A DNA stretch of 64,000 nt, from NCBI GenBank assembly GCA_047611905.1, contig JBLFWZ010000002.1, positions 802 through 64,801 on the forward strand. Direction: 5' to 3'. How positions within the stretch are numbered: the stretch's first letter is position 1; each line of letters begins with the position of its first letter. A program made the translations under genes and the position numbers. Source of the DNA: Gammaproteobacteria bacterium (GTDB taxonomy: Bacteria > Pseudomonadota > Gammaproteobacteria > Ga0077536). The notes beneath the pieces are model-generated. The model made no database searches and was not told the DNA's origin. It saw nothing but the letters and a program-made list of their open reading frames with translations. This document shows positions 17,898 to 27,230 of this stretch, one piece after another.

Positions 17898-19154
17898 ATG
17901 GACGCATCCGTGGTTGAGCTGAAATACGCTCTAGATACATTTTATTTTCTCGTCATGGGTGCCTTCGTTATGTGGATGGCGGCCGGATTTGCAATGCTTG
18001 AAGCCGGTTTAGTGCGCGCTAAAAACACGGCCGAGATCCTAACTAAGAATATCTCTCTGTATGCCATCGCATGCCTTATGTACATGCTGTGCGGCTACAA
18101 CATCATGTATCCGGGCGACGCTGCCGTGAGCAGTTTGTGGCCAGGCATTTCATTTATGCTGGGCGCGGACAACACGGCCGAAGCGGTGCTAGCGAGTGGT
18201 GGGGAAACCTATTACTCGACCATGGCTGATTTCTTTTTCCAAGTTGTGTTCGTTGCAACGGCGATGTCGATCGTCTCTGGCGCGGTTGCGGAGCGAATGA
18301 AACTTTGGTCATTTTTGGCTTTTGCCGTCGTGATGACGGGCTTCATCTACCCATTGCAAGGCTATTGGAAATGGGGCGGCGGCTTCCTCGACGCGAATGG
18401 GTTTCTGGACTTTGCCGGTTCTGGTGTCGTCCATTTGGCCGGTGCCACGGCCGCATTTGCAGGTGTCTTGTTACTCGGCGCCCGTAGAGGAAAATACGGG
18501 AAGGACGGTAGTATCAACGCGATACCCGGCGCGAATCTTCCGATGGCAACATTGGGCACCTTCATTTTGTGGCTTGGGTGGTTCGGATTCAACGGTGGAT
18601 CGGAATTGAAGGTCTCAGACATCGGCGAAGCAAATGCCGTTGCCATGGTCTTCGTGAATACCAACGCGGCGGCGGCCGGTGGTGTGATCGCGGCATTACT
18701 GACCTCTAGATTCCTATTTGGTAAAGCGGATCTCACCATGGCGCTCAACGGTGCGCTGGCTGGGCTTGTAGCGATAACGGCGGAACCCCTGACCCCAACC
18801 CCAGGGATCGCGACCCTGATCGGAATTGTCGGTGGTGTGCTGGTCGTGTTCTCAATCTTATCGCTCGACCGATTCAAGATAGATGATCCAGTCGGCGCGA
18901 TTTCGGTGCACGGGGTTGTCGGCATGTGGGGACTGCTCGCTGTCTGTCTAACTAACGACGAGGCGACCATCACGGCCCAATTGATGGGACTGGGCACCAT
19001 ATTCGGCTTTGTCTTCGTGACGTCCGCGGCCACTTGGTTCGTCATCAAATCCACTGTAGGCATTCGAGTTTCCGAAGAACAAGAGCATTTCGGAGTGGAT
19101 GCAAGTGAGTGCGGGGTTGATGCGTATCCGGAGTTTGTGGTGTCGGGCCGTTGA
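17898..19154 (+). CDS. amtB: ammonium transporter (Amt family, no signal peptide)
   Basis: 418 aa, 11-12 TM helices, with DFAGSGVVHL, LGWFGFNGGS and AISVHGVVGMWG signatures. Confidence 0.95.
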   Translation: MDASVVELKYALDTFYFLVMGAFVMWMAAGFAMLEAGLVRAKNTAEILTKNISLYAIACLMYMLCGYNIMYPGDAAVSSLWPGISFMLGADNTAEAVLASGGETYYSTMADFFFQVVFVATAMSIVSGAVAERMKLWSFLAFAVVMTGFIYPLQGYWKWGGGFLDANGFLDFAGSGVVHLAGATAAFAGVLLLGARRGKYGKDGSINAIPGANLPMATLGTFILWLGWFGFNGGSELKVSDIGEANAVAMVFVNTNAAAAGGVIAALLTSRFLFGKADLTMALNGALAGLVAITAEPLTPTPGIATLIGIVGGVLVVFSILSLDRFKIDDPVGAISVHGVVGMWGLLAVCLTNDEATITAQLMGLGTIFGFVFVTSAATWFVIKSTVGIRVSEEQEHFGVDASECGVDAYPEFVVSGR

Positions 19155-19189
19155 TTCGATCGGCAATCTCCCTTAACTAAGCACAACAG

Positions 19190-19220
19190 GAAGAGGCGCG
19201 TGATGCGCCTCTTCTTTCGT
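19190..19220 (+). terminator. rho-independent terminator after amt unit 1
   Basis: GAAGAGGCGC-gtgat-GCGCCTCTTC is a perfect 10 bp stem followed by TTTCGTT. Confidence 0.65.
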
Positions 19221-19352
19221 TCGCACCAAAAAAGATCGCGAAAAATCTCGACGCACTAAAAAGGGTCGAGATAAAGGTTAGAAATTCACTTCCGAGATTG
19301 ATCCAACTTCGTGATCAGCCTAGTTAGTGACTCCTTGCCCTACTTGATCGTC

Positions 19353-19368
19353 TGGCACAGTTCATGCA
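19353..19368 (+). promoter_or_regulatory. sigma-54 (-24/-12) promoter of glnK-amt unit 2
   Basis: TGGCACAGTTCATGCA has the same TGGCACAGT-NN-ATGCA layout as 17403-17418. It lies about 165 bp upstream of the second glnK. Confidence 0.5.
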
Positions 19369-19518
19369 CCACCATAGAACAGTGGCAGTGATTGTGAATC
19401 GAAAGTTGGTGTAAATGCTGATTACGCTCTAAATTAGGGCAGCCTTCGGTGAACAAATACTGTCGCGACGAACAACCGTTGGGATCGCGACGCAAGCACG
19501 CAGCTTGAAATAACTTGA

Positions 19519-19872
<354 letters not shown>

Positions 19873-20187
19873 TTCTGCGTGATTCTGTCTCAGTGTCGCG
19901 ATCGGGCTATTTATTGCGATCCAGGAACGGTCGCAACGAACGATATTTTGCGGGATAAGGAGCAGTAATCGCAGTCGATGCAATCGGATTTGGATACAAA
20001 GCGAGTCAATAGCATGCGCAGTGGGTGTGGCGCGGCTAGAGAAAGCTTTTCCAATTCCGCCAATCGATCCGGTGATGCCGCCTAGATGCTGCGAGTGTCG
20101 TGTTCTAGCGAACGTCGATTATTAAGTCCGAGCGCAAGCATTGGATGGTTCATATTCAACAACGGCGGCAAATTGGGAGGCCGAACA

Positions 20188-21474
20188 ATGAGCATGTTGC
20201 AACGAATTACGATATTACTTTTAACCCTGGGCGCATGCACCGGTGCGCACGCCCAAGGCATCGACAGCGGAGATACGGCTTGGGTACTAACTTCCACCGC
20301 GTTGGTTTTGTTTATGACATTGCCGGGACTCGCGTTGTTCTACGGTGGCTTGGTTCGTAGCAAAAACGCATTGTCGATTCTCATGCAGTGCTTTGCTATT
20401 GCATGCTTGATGTCGCTTTTGTGGCTGGCCGTGGGCTACGGTCTTGCGTTCGGTGATGGCGGGGACTTAAATAAGTACATCGGGCTCGGCAATATCATGT
20501 TGTCCGATGTGACTCGCGAATCGACCAGCGGGACGCTGCCAGAATCCGTATTCGTCATGTTCCAAATGACGTTTGCGATAATCACGCCAGCACTGATCAT
20601 CGGTGCGTTCGCTGAAAGGATGCGTTTCTCTGCTGTGCTAATTTTTAGCACTTTGTGGTTGCTGGTCGTCTACGCACCCGTCTGTCACTGGGTTTGGGGT
20701 GGTGGTTGGCTTAGTGACATGGGACTCCTCGATTACGCCGGTGGTACAGTCGTCCACATCAACGCCGGGGTTGCAGCGATCGTAGCGGCAGTTGTGCTCG
20801 GTAATCGCAAGGGATTTCCGACCACTGCAATGCCGCCCCACAATATGACCTTGACGGTGATGGGAGCGTCGATGCTGTGGGTCGGTTGGTTCGGATTCAA
20901 CGCGGGAAGTGCTGTCGCGGCAAATGGCGACGCGGGCATGGCGATGTTAGTAACGCATATATCGGCCGCCGCCGGTTCCTTGGCATGGATCGCTGTCGAA
21001 TGGATCAAGCACGGTAAGCCGAGCGTTTTAGGGATCGTAACCGGCATGGTTGCTGGACTAGGGACCATCACACCAGCATCTGGATACGTCGGTCCTGTGG
21101 GCGCCCTGTTTATCGGTCTATCGGCCGGTGTGATCTGTTACTTTGCGACTCAGTATATAAAACGCGGTCTCAAGATTGATGACTCATTGGATGTGTTTCC
21201 CGTCCATGGAGTCGGAGGCATTCTCGGCACGTTGCTGGCTGGCGTATTCGCATCCGAAAGTCTTGGCGGAGTTGGTTACGCAGATGGCGTCTCTATGGCA
21301 CAGCAAGTCGGTGTGCAAGCAATTGGCGTCGAGGCGACCATGATCTGGTGCGGCGTTGCAACCTTTGTGCTGCTAAAGATTGTGGCAATGATTGTCCCGC
21401 TTCGGGTCGGGGAAGATTCGGAATCCCAAGGTCTCGATCTGAGCGAACACGACGAACGCGGTTATATTTTGTAA
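20188..21474 (+). CDS. amtB: ammonium transporter AmtB (with signal peptide)
   Basis: Start at ATG 20188 with GGGAGG upstream. MSMLQRITILLLTLGACTGAHAQG signal, then DYAGGTVVHINAG, WVGWFGFNAGS and DVFPVHGVGGILG. Confidence 0.95.
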   Translation: MSMLQRITILLLTLGACTGAHAQGIDSGDTAWVLTSTALVLFMTLPGLALFYGGLVRSKNALSILMQCFAIACLMSLLWLAVGYGLAFGDGGDLNKYIGLGNIMLSDVTRESTSGTLPESVFVMFQMTFAIITPALIIGAFAERMRFSAVLIFSTLWLLVVYAPVCHWVWGGGWLSDMGLLDYAGGTVVHINAGVAAIVAAVVLGNRKGFPTTAMPPHNMTLTVMGASMLWVGWFGFNAGSAVAANGDAGMAMLVTHISAAAGSLAWIAVEWIKHGKPSVLGIVTGMVAGLGTITPASGYVGPVGALFIGLSAGVICYFATQYIKRGLKIDDSLDVFPVHGVGGILGTLLAGVFASESLGGVGYADGVSMAQQVGVQAIGVEATMIWCGVATFVLLKIVAMIVPLRVGEDSESQGLDLSEHDERGYIL

Positions 21475-21862
21475 ATCCATCGGGCCGCATTAGCTAGCGG
21501 ATGGCCTTGGGCGCAAGCAACTGCGTCCAAAGGCTGTCCCCGTTTGTAGCGTATCGGCGATTCTGGCCGATGCGCGAGGTTGCGAAGAAACCGCTTCTCG
21601 CCAAATTCCCCACGTCAATCTCGCGAGGCAAAGACAGGTCTCGAAATGAATAGTTATGTCAATTCTTCGACATAAAGCCTGACGGAACTATCCTTGCTGA
21701 AGCCGAATGAATAGAATGCTTATAAGCGGCGCTAAGAATCGAAAGCAAGCGTGCCGCGACAATTTAGTTTGATTACCCACACGTACTAAGTCGCTCTACT
21801 TTTTGGTGTATATTCAGGCTGTTAATAGTTCAATCACCCAGTTACGCTGATACGAATAGAAC

Positions 21863-22927
21863 ATGGCTGAACGGAATTTAGTAGATAAGGCACTGCTCAA
21901 GACATTAGTCCCGCCTAACGCCTTGAATGCAGAGAATTTTCAGGAACTGGCTGGGAAAGCCTACGTTGAGCAGATTAACGTTGGCAAACCGATCTTCAAT
22001 TTCGGCGATCTCGATCGAAAGACGACCTATTTACTCGAAGGTACGGCCGAGCTGGTCGCAGAAGATGGGCAAAGCACCAAGCTTAAAGGCGGCACGGATG
22101 TCGCGAAACACCCGCTTGCGAACCTGCAGCCACGGAAGCATACGGCGACGGCGTTAACACACTGCAAGATCACGCGCTTTGATAGCGACTTACTGGATAT
22201 CCTATTGACCTGGGATCAGTTGTCGGGGATCGAAGTCAGCGAAATTCATGTCGAGGAAGATGACGACGACGACGACAGTGATTGGATGACACGCATACTG
22301 CAATCGCGTGCATTCCTTCAAGTGCCGCCTGCAAATATTCAAGCGATGTTCATGCGCATTCAAGAAGTGCCGATGAACGATGGGGAAGTCGTCATAAAGC
22401 AGGGCGACGATGGCGATTTCTACTACATCATTAAGAGCGGCCGAGCAAAAGTCACGCGCTCTTCAAAAACCGGTTCCGAATTGACTTTGGCGACCCTGAA
22501 AGACGGAGACGCGTTCGGGGAAGAAGCATTACTGTCTGAGGCGAAACGCAACGCTACCGTGATCATGGACGGCCCAGGAACCTTAATGAGGCTGGCGAAA
22601 GAGGATTTCAACGCATTACTGAAGGAGCCTATGCTGAGTTGGCTCGATTTAGAGGCCGCTCAGGAACAAGTTAAAACAGGGGCCAAATGGTTGGATGTCC
22701 GGCTCGAGAGCGAGCACGCGAACACAGGCCTGAAAGATAGCCTGAATATCCCGTTGTTCATGTTGCGCATGAAGGTCGATTCGCTAGACTCGGCGACTCC
22801 GTACATTGTGTATTGCGACACCGGCAGGCGCAGCTCAGCCGCGGCATTTCTACTCAGTGAACGGGGCTTCCAAGTCTACTGTTTGACTGGGGGCCTAATG
22901 GAACAAGCTCCGCCTGAAGGTAGTTAA
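21863..22927 (+). CDS. cyclic-nucleotide-binding domain / rhodanese fusion protein
   Basis: 354 aa. Degenerate N-terminal cNMP-like barrel and an acidic linker (EEDDDDDDSDW). Canonical cNMP domain (GDFYYIIKSG..FGEEALLSEAKRNATV). C-terminal rhodanese with active-site loop YCDTGRRS. Confidence 0.85.
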   Translation: MAERNLVDKALLKTLVPPNALNAENFQELAGKAYVEQINVGKPIFNFGDLDRKTTYLLEGTAELVAEDGQSTKLKGGTDVAKHPLANLQPRKHTATALTHCKITRFDSDLLDILLTWDQLSGIEVSEIHVEEDDDDDDSDWMTRILQSRAFLQVPPANIQAMFMRIQEVPMNDGEVVIKQGDDGDFYYIIKSGRAKVTRSSKTGSELTLATLKDGDAFGEEALLSEAKRNATVIMDGPGTLMRLAKEDFNALLKEPMLSWLDLEAAQEQVKTGAKWLDVRLESEHANTGLKDSLNIPLFMLRMKVDSLDSATPYIVYCDTGRRSSAAAFLLSERGFQVYCLTGGLMEQAPPEGS

Positions 22928-23017
22928 TACAACCGCAAACCGCGTTTTCAATCGATGCGCTAACAAATAAATTACAGCGGTCCGCTATAGCTAGACCGTA
23001 GTCATCTTCATACCCAC

Positions 23018-23860
23018 ATGCCAAACCGGTTTCATATCTCGCCTGGCAGGCCTTACTTTTGCGTCGTTGGATCACCGATTGATCACAGTAAGTCGCCGCA
23101 GATTCATCAGGAATTCGCCCTCCAATTCGGCATAGAGCTCAGCTATGAGAAGATCAAAGTAGAGCCAAATGACTTTTGCGAGGCGCTAGCGGAATTCGTT
23201 GCGTCAGGCGGTCGCGCGATGAACATCACAGTGCCGCACAAGGAAGCTGCCTGCGCTTGTGCAGATATTCGTAGCGAGCGTGCAGATCTTGCTGGCGCAG
23301 CTAACATGATCTCGGTGGGCCCTGACGGCGAAACAATCGCGGATAACTCTGACGGTGCCGGATTAATCCGAGATTTGCTAGTCAATCACCAGTTAGAATT
23401 ACGCGGCAGTCGTATTCTGCTTCTGGGTGCCGGCGGTGCTGCACGGGGTGTGGTTCCAAGTTTACTCGAACAAGGTCCGAGTGAACTTGTCATAGCCAAT
23501 CGTACCCGCTTGAAAGCCGACGAATTGACCGAACGTTTCGGGTCTTTGGGCCCCATACGCGCAGCTGAATTTTCGACAATTGGAGATGGCGGGTTCGGAT
23601 TAATCGTCAATGCGACCTCGCTTAGCCTAAGCGGAGAAATCCCACCATTGGATCCGACTTACATCGAAGCAAGCACTTGGTGTTACGACATGATGTACAC
23701 CAGTACCGGACGCACGCCGTTTCTTGATTGGTGTCTTTCCAACGGTGCTGCCGGATGTTCGGATGGCCTCGGGATGCTAGTTGAACAAGCGGCAAATGCG
23801 TTTTCGCTCTGGCATGGTAAAGCTCCAGACACCACACCGGTAATCGAGTGCTTGCGCTAA
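23018..23860 (+). CDS. aroE: shikimate dehydrogenase
   Basis: VVGSPIDHSKSPQIH, MNITVPHK, NSDGAG and LLLGAGGAARG Rossmann motifs. Confidence 0.92.
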   Translation: MPNRFHISPGRPYFCVVGSPIDHSKSPQIHQEFALQFGIELSYEKIKVEPNDFCEALAEFVASGGRAMNITVPHKEAACACADIRSERADLAGAANMISVGPDGETIADNSDGAGLIRDLLVNHQLELRGSRILLLGAGGAARGVVPSLLEQGPSELVIANRTRLKADELTERFGSLGPIRAAEFSTIGDGGFGLIVNATSLSLSGEIPPLDPTYIEASTWCYDMMYTSTGRTPFLDWCLSNGAAGCSDGLGMLVEQAANAFSLWHGKAPDTTPVIECLR

Positions 23861-23905
23861 GTTCTGTTGTCGCCCTTAAGGATCCGGGCGCCCAAATTCT
23901 TTTGC

Positions 23906-25219
23906 CTATAGACCGTTAGTTCGATCCATTAAATCGGGCAACCACCGAACAATTTGTGGAAATGCGGCAATCAAAGCGAGCATTACCAACTGGATGAATA
24001 CGAACGGCATGACCCCACGGTAAATGTCTTGAATTTTTATATTATCTGGTGCGACGGCTTTCAAATAAAACAGCGAGAAACCGAACGGCGGTGTCAGGAA
24101 CGACGTTTGCAAATTAACGGCAATGAGAATGGAGAACCAGAGTAAATCTAGTCCCAGTGCTGTGGCTATCGGGGCTAATATCGGAACAACGATAAAGCAG
24201 ATTTCAACAAAATCGAGAAAGAAACCCAGGACAAAAATTACCGTTTGAGAGACAACTAAAAACCCCCATTCTTGTCCCGGTAATGTCGTAAAAATCGCGT
24301 GAACAATTCGATCCCCGCCCATTCCCTTAAAAACTAGTCCGAACGTCGTTGCGCCAATAAGTATGATGAAAACCATGCTCGTAAGCTTCATGGTTTGTAG
24401 TGCGGCTGCGTGCAAGGTGGTTAACGTGAGACGACGGTTCGCGATGGCCAGCAACATCGCGCCCGCGCCACCAATGGCAGCCGATTCTGTTGGCGAGGCT
24501 ATGCCAAAAAATATTGAACCGAGCACCACGAAAACCAAGAACATTGGCGGTACCAGGGAGAATAAAACGCGGCGGCCGATGGCTTGGTCATCGGGAGCCC
24601 CAATGGACGGAGCGCTTAGGGGATCTAACCAAGCCTTGATTGCGATGTAGGCGCAATATGCGACGATCAACATGGCGCCTGGTACAACGGCGCCCATAAA
24701 CATCGAGCCAATAGGAACACCGGCAACATCTGCCAACAGAATCAACACAATGCTCGGCGGAACGATCTGCCCCAATGTTCCTGCTGTGGCAATCGTGCCG
24801 GTCGCCAAGCTTGGTGAATAGCCATGTTTGAGCATCGCTGGTAGGGCAATGATCCCCATTGTCACGACGGTTGCGCCGACGACGCCGGTTGTTGCGGCTA
24901 GCAAGGTACCAACAATAATCACGGCGAACGCGAGCCCTCCGCGCAGGCGACCACAAAGAATAGCCATGGCTTCGAGCAATTCTTCAGCTACGCCGCTTTT
25001 CTCTAATATCACACCCATAAAGACAAAAAGGGGTACAGCGAGCAAAGTGAAATTCGTCAAAATACCCCAAATTCGAAGGGGTAACAGTGAAAAGAAATCG
25101 ATTCCCAAAGCGACGCTACCAAACAACATGGCGACGGCACCTAAGGTGAATGCGACGGGGTAGCCAATCAGAAGCGCGGCGATCGCGACGACGAACATGA
25201 GCAGAGCCCATACTTCCAT
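23906..25219 (-). CDS. TRAP transporter large permease subunit (DctM family)
   Basis: 437 aa polytopic protein with a DctM-like pattern (..LPAMLKHGYSP..GTLGQIVPPSI..). Follows a DctQ-like gene. Confidence 0.9.
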   Translation of the reverse strand: MEVWALLMFVVAIAALLIGYPVAFTLGAVAMLFGSVALGIDFFSLLPLRIWGILTNFTLLAVPLFVFMGVILEKSGVAEELLEAMAILCGRLRGGLAFAVIIVGTLLAATTGVVGATVVTMGIIALPAMLKHGYSPSLATGTIATAGTLGQIVPPSIVLILLADVAGVPIGSMFMGAVVPGAMLIVAYCAYIAIKAWLDPLSAPSIGAPDDQAIGRRVLFSLVPPMFLVFVVLGSIFFGIASPTESAAIGGAGAMLLAIANRRLTLTTLHAAALQTMKLTSMVFIILIGATTFGLVFKGMGGDRIVHAIFTTLPGQEWGFLVVSQTVIFVLGFFLDFVEICFIVVPILAPIATALGLDLLWFSILIAVNLQTSFLTPPFGFSLFYLKAVAPDNIKIQDIYRGVMPFVFIQLVMLALIAAFPQIVRWLPDLMDRTNGL

Positions 25220-25224
25220 TTTAC

Positions 25225-25755
25225 TTATGTATCACGAGACAGGCTGTTTAAGGCCCTAAATGCATTAGCCACGGCTTGCAGCGCTAATAGCGCGAAACCC
25301 AAGGGAATGGCAGCTTTCAAAAGCCAACGGTGCCGCAAGCCTCCTGGATCCGGCGACATCTCGGCGTGTAGGTATGCATCGTAAGCGAACGGGATGGATG
25401 CCCAAATTATCAGCGCCGAGAATGGCAGGAGAAATATGAAAGTCCCGACAACGTCGATTATCGCGCGGTGACGATGTGTGAGTTTGGCGCTCGAGTAGAC
25501 CAAATCGACGCGAACGTGGTCGTCGTGTTTTAACGTATAACTGGCGCCGAACAGAATAATGATGCCAAAGAGGTGCCACTCCAGTTCTTGGACGGCAATT
25601 GACCCACTGTTAAATAAGTAGCGCATCGCAACGTCGTAGAGTGTTAATCCGACCATAGCCACTAGTAACCAAGCCGTTAGGCGGCCGAGCGATTCATTAA
25701 GACGGCTGACAGATCGATCTATGTCGTTCAGCATCTTGAAGAAAATGTTCGACAT
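25225..25755 (-). CDS. TRAP transporter small permease subunit (DctQ family)
   Basis: 176 aa, 4 TM helices, 5 nt upstream of the DctM gene. Confidence 0.85.
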   Translation of the reverse strand: MSNIFFKMLNDIDRSVSRLNESLGRLTAWLLVAMVGLTLYDVAMRYLFNSGSIAVQELEWHLFGIIILFGASYTLKHDDHVRVDLVYSSAKLTHRHRAIIDVVGTFIFLLPFSALIIWASIPFAYDAYLHAEMSPDPGGLRHRWLLKAAIPLGFALLALQAVANAFRALNSLSRDT

Positions 25756-26015
25756 CTCCGATTCCCGATAGGGTGCAACCCGATTAAACCGGGCTTTGTT
25801 AGGTTATTGAAAAATTCGGGCCACAAGCCGGCCAGTCGGTTACGCCCCAATCCAACTGTTAGTTTTTCGCAACATCTACGGCCGACGATCGCGGCATATT
25901 ACTTGACTTGCGTTCCGATGACGATAATTTAATGGTTATCGATGTATCTCGTCGTGCCGTTCAGTCCTGTGCGTCTTTCGCGCGCCATCGAAAGCGTGTT
26001 GTGCGTGTAGCTTGG

Positions 26016-26042
26016 ATGCGCACACAGGTGTTCTGTGCGCAT
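26016..26042. repeat. perfect 9 bp inverted repeat ATGCGCACA-N9-TGTGCGCAT
   Basis: Read directly. Lies in the GC-rich half of the 690 bp non-coding gap. Confidence 0.6.
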
Positions 26043-26156
26043 GACATCAGCGGAACTGCCTAAGCGCCGGCCATTTGGTAGCGTGTCGCGCGGAGCGGTT
26101 GTTTTAGCCACGGATTGCGCTTTTAAATGGCAGATAAAATTAGCTCATCGGATTCG

Positions 26157-26165
26157 TTATACACA
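26157..26165 (+). promoter_or_regulatory. DnaA-box variant TTATACACA
   Basis: One mismatch from TTATCCACA. I recall this 9-mer as a functional E. coli oriC box variant. Confidence 0.35.
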
Positions 26166-26335
26166 AAAGCCTGTTGGTTGAGTGCGGAACATCAGCTTAG
26201 CGTGCGAGATCCAAGTGAATAGTCGAAATTAGACTCTATCCTTTTGATAAATATGAATTTATCGTAATTGCCTAATTCTTGCTCGATCTAATAGGTTAAG
26301 CCGTATTTCCCACTGGAATTAAGCCGACCGACGAA

Positions 26336-26370
26336 CTATACACAAGCTTATCCACAGAAATTGTGGGTAA
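26336..26370. promoter_or_regulatory. cluster of three DnaA-box-like 9-mers
   Basis: CTATACACA at 26336-26344. A perfect TTATCCACA at 26348-26356. TGTGGGTAA at 26362-26370, which is the reverse box with 1 mismatch. The last two form a 9-5-9 near-palindrome. Confidence 0.45.
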
Positions 26371-26447
26371 GATCGGGACTACTTTCTAGTCAATGACTTA
26401 GCGCCCATTGTTCGGACAGGGATTAGATAGTTGGCGCAATTGACAAC

Positions 26448-27230
26448 TTAAGATCCCTGCTCTAGCGCTTTTGCCAGCAGTAAATATGTCTCTACAGGAA
26501 GTTCTTCGGGCCTTTGCTTCAAATCGATGCCACATTTCTCAATGACGTCTAAGGAAATCTCACGACCCAGTGAATTCTTCACCGTCTTGCGTCGTAGGCC
26601 GAATGCCAACCGTACACAATATTCCAAGCAACGGTAGGTATTTTCCGAAATCCCTCTATCTTGTGGCGTAATACGCACAAGTTTAGAAGTGACTCGGGGC
26701 GGCGGGTCAAAAGCGGCCGGAGGTACCTCAAAAAAACCCAGCACCTGGGCGTAGCTCTGAACCATCACCGATAAGCGTCCATAGTCTTTCGAACCCGGCT
26801 CAGCAGCGAGCCTATCGACTACTTCCTTTTGTAGCATGAAGGTCATGTCTTCGATGACGGAGCACTGGGCAATGAGTTGAAGGATTAGCGGCGTCGAGAT
26901 GTTGTAGGGAAGGTTTCCGACAACCCGGATCGCGCCGGAATCCCGAAAAGTTGCGTAATCGATCTTGAGTGCATCGCCGATTCGAAGGCTGAAATTTGGG
27001 TGTTCGCCGAATTTCGAGTTGATCATTTGGGCCAGATCGCGATCGATCTCAATAACATCGAGCGGCACGTCGTAACCGATTAGTTGAGCGGTTAGGGCGC
27101 CGCGTCCTGGGCCAATCTCAACGAGGTGGTCGCCAGGGATCGGTGCGATGAGTTCGATAATTTGGTCAATGGTGTATTGATCAGTTAAGAAATGTTGTCC
27201 GAAACGTTTACGAGCGCGCGTCTGACTCAC
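26448..27230 (-). CDS. rsmA: 16S rRNA (adenine1518/1519-N6)-dimethyltransferase
   Basis: RKRFGQHFL, VEIGPGRGALT and GNLPYNISTP motifs. Downstream of pdxA. Confidence 0.96.
   Translation of the reverse strand: MSQTRARKRFGQHFLTDQYTIDQIIELIAPIPGDHLVEIGPGRGALTAQLIGYDVPLDVIEIDRDLAQMINSKFGEHPNFSLRIGDALKIDYATFRDSGAIRVVGNLPYNISTPLILQLIAQCSVIEDMTFMLQKEVVDRLAAEPGSKDYGRLSVMVQSYAQVLGFFEVPPAAFDPPPRVTSKLVRITPQDRGISENTYRCLEYCVRLAFGLRRKTVKNSLGREISLDVIEKCGIDLKQRPEELPVETYLLLAKALEQGS

Noticed and set aside
18362-19186. 274 aa ORF antisense to the first ammonium transporter
   Set aside because: It lies entirely inside a strongly conserved Amt gene on the opposite strand. Its product is low-complexity (Ser/Pro/Thr/Ala-rich) with no motif, which is typical of a shadow ORF.
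21646-21860. Short direct repeats AATGAATAG (twice) and a TATGTC-N8-GACATA dyad upstream of the cNMP-rhodanese gene
   Set aside because: The repeats are too short and too few to distinguish from chance in a 390 bp AT-leaning spacer. They are noted only as possible promoter-region elements.
25756-26447. Idea that the DnaA-box-containing gap is the chromosomal origin (oriC)
   Set aside because: There are only about four boxes and no clear 13-mer DUE array. None of the usual flanking genes (dnaA/dnaN, rpmH, mnmG/mioC) is present, and the window shows no obvious gene-strand switch. It is reported only as a DnaA-box cluster.
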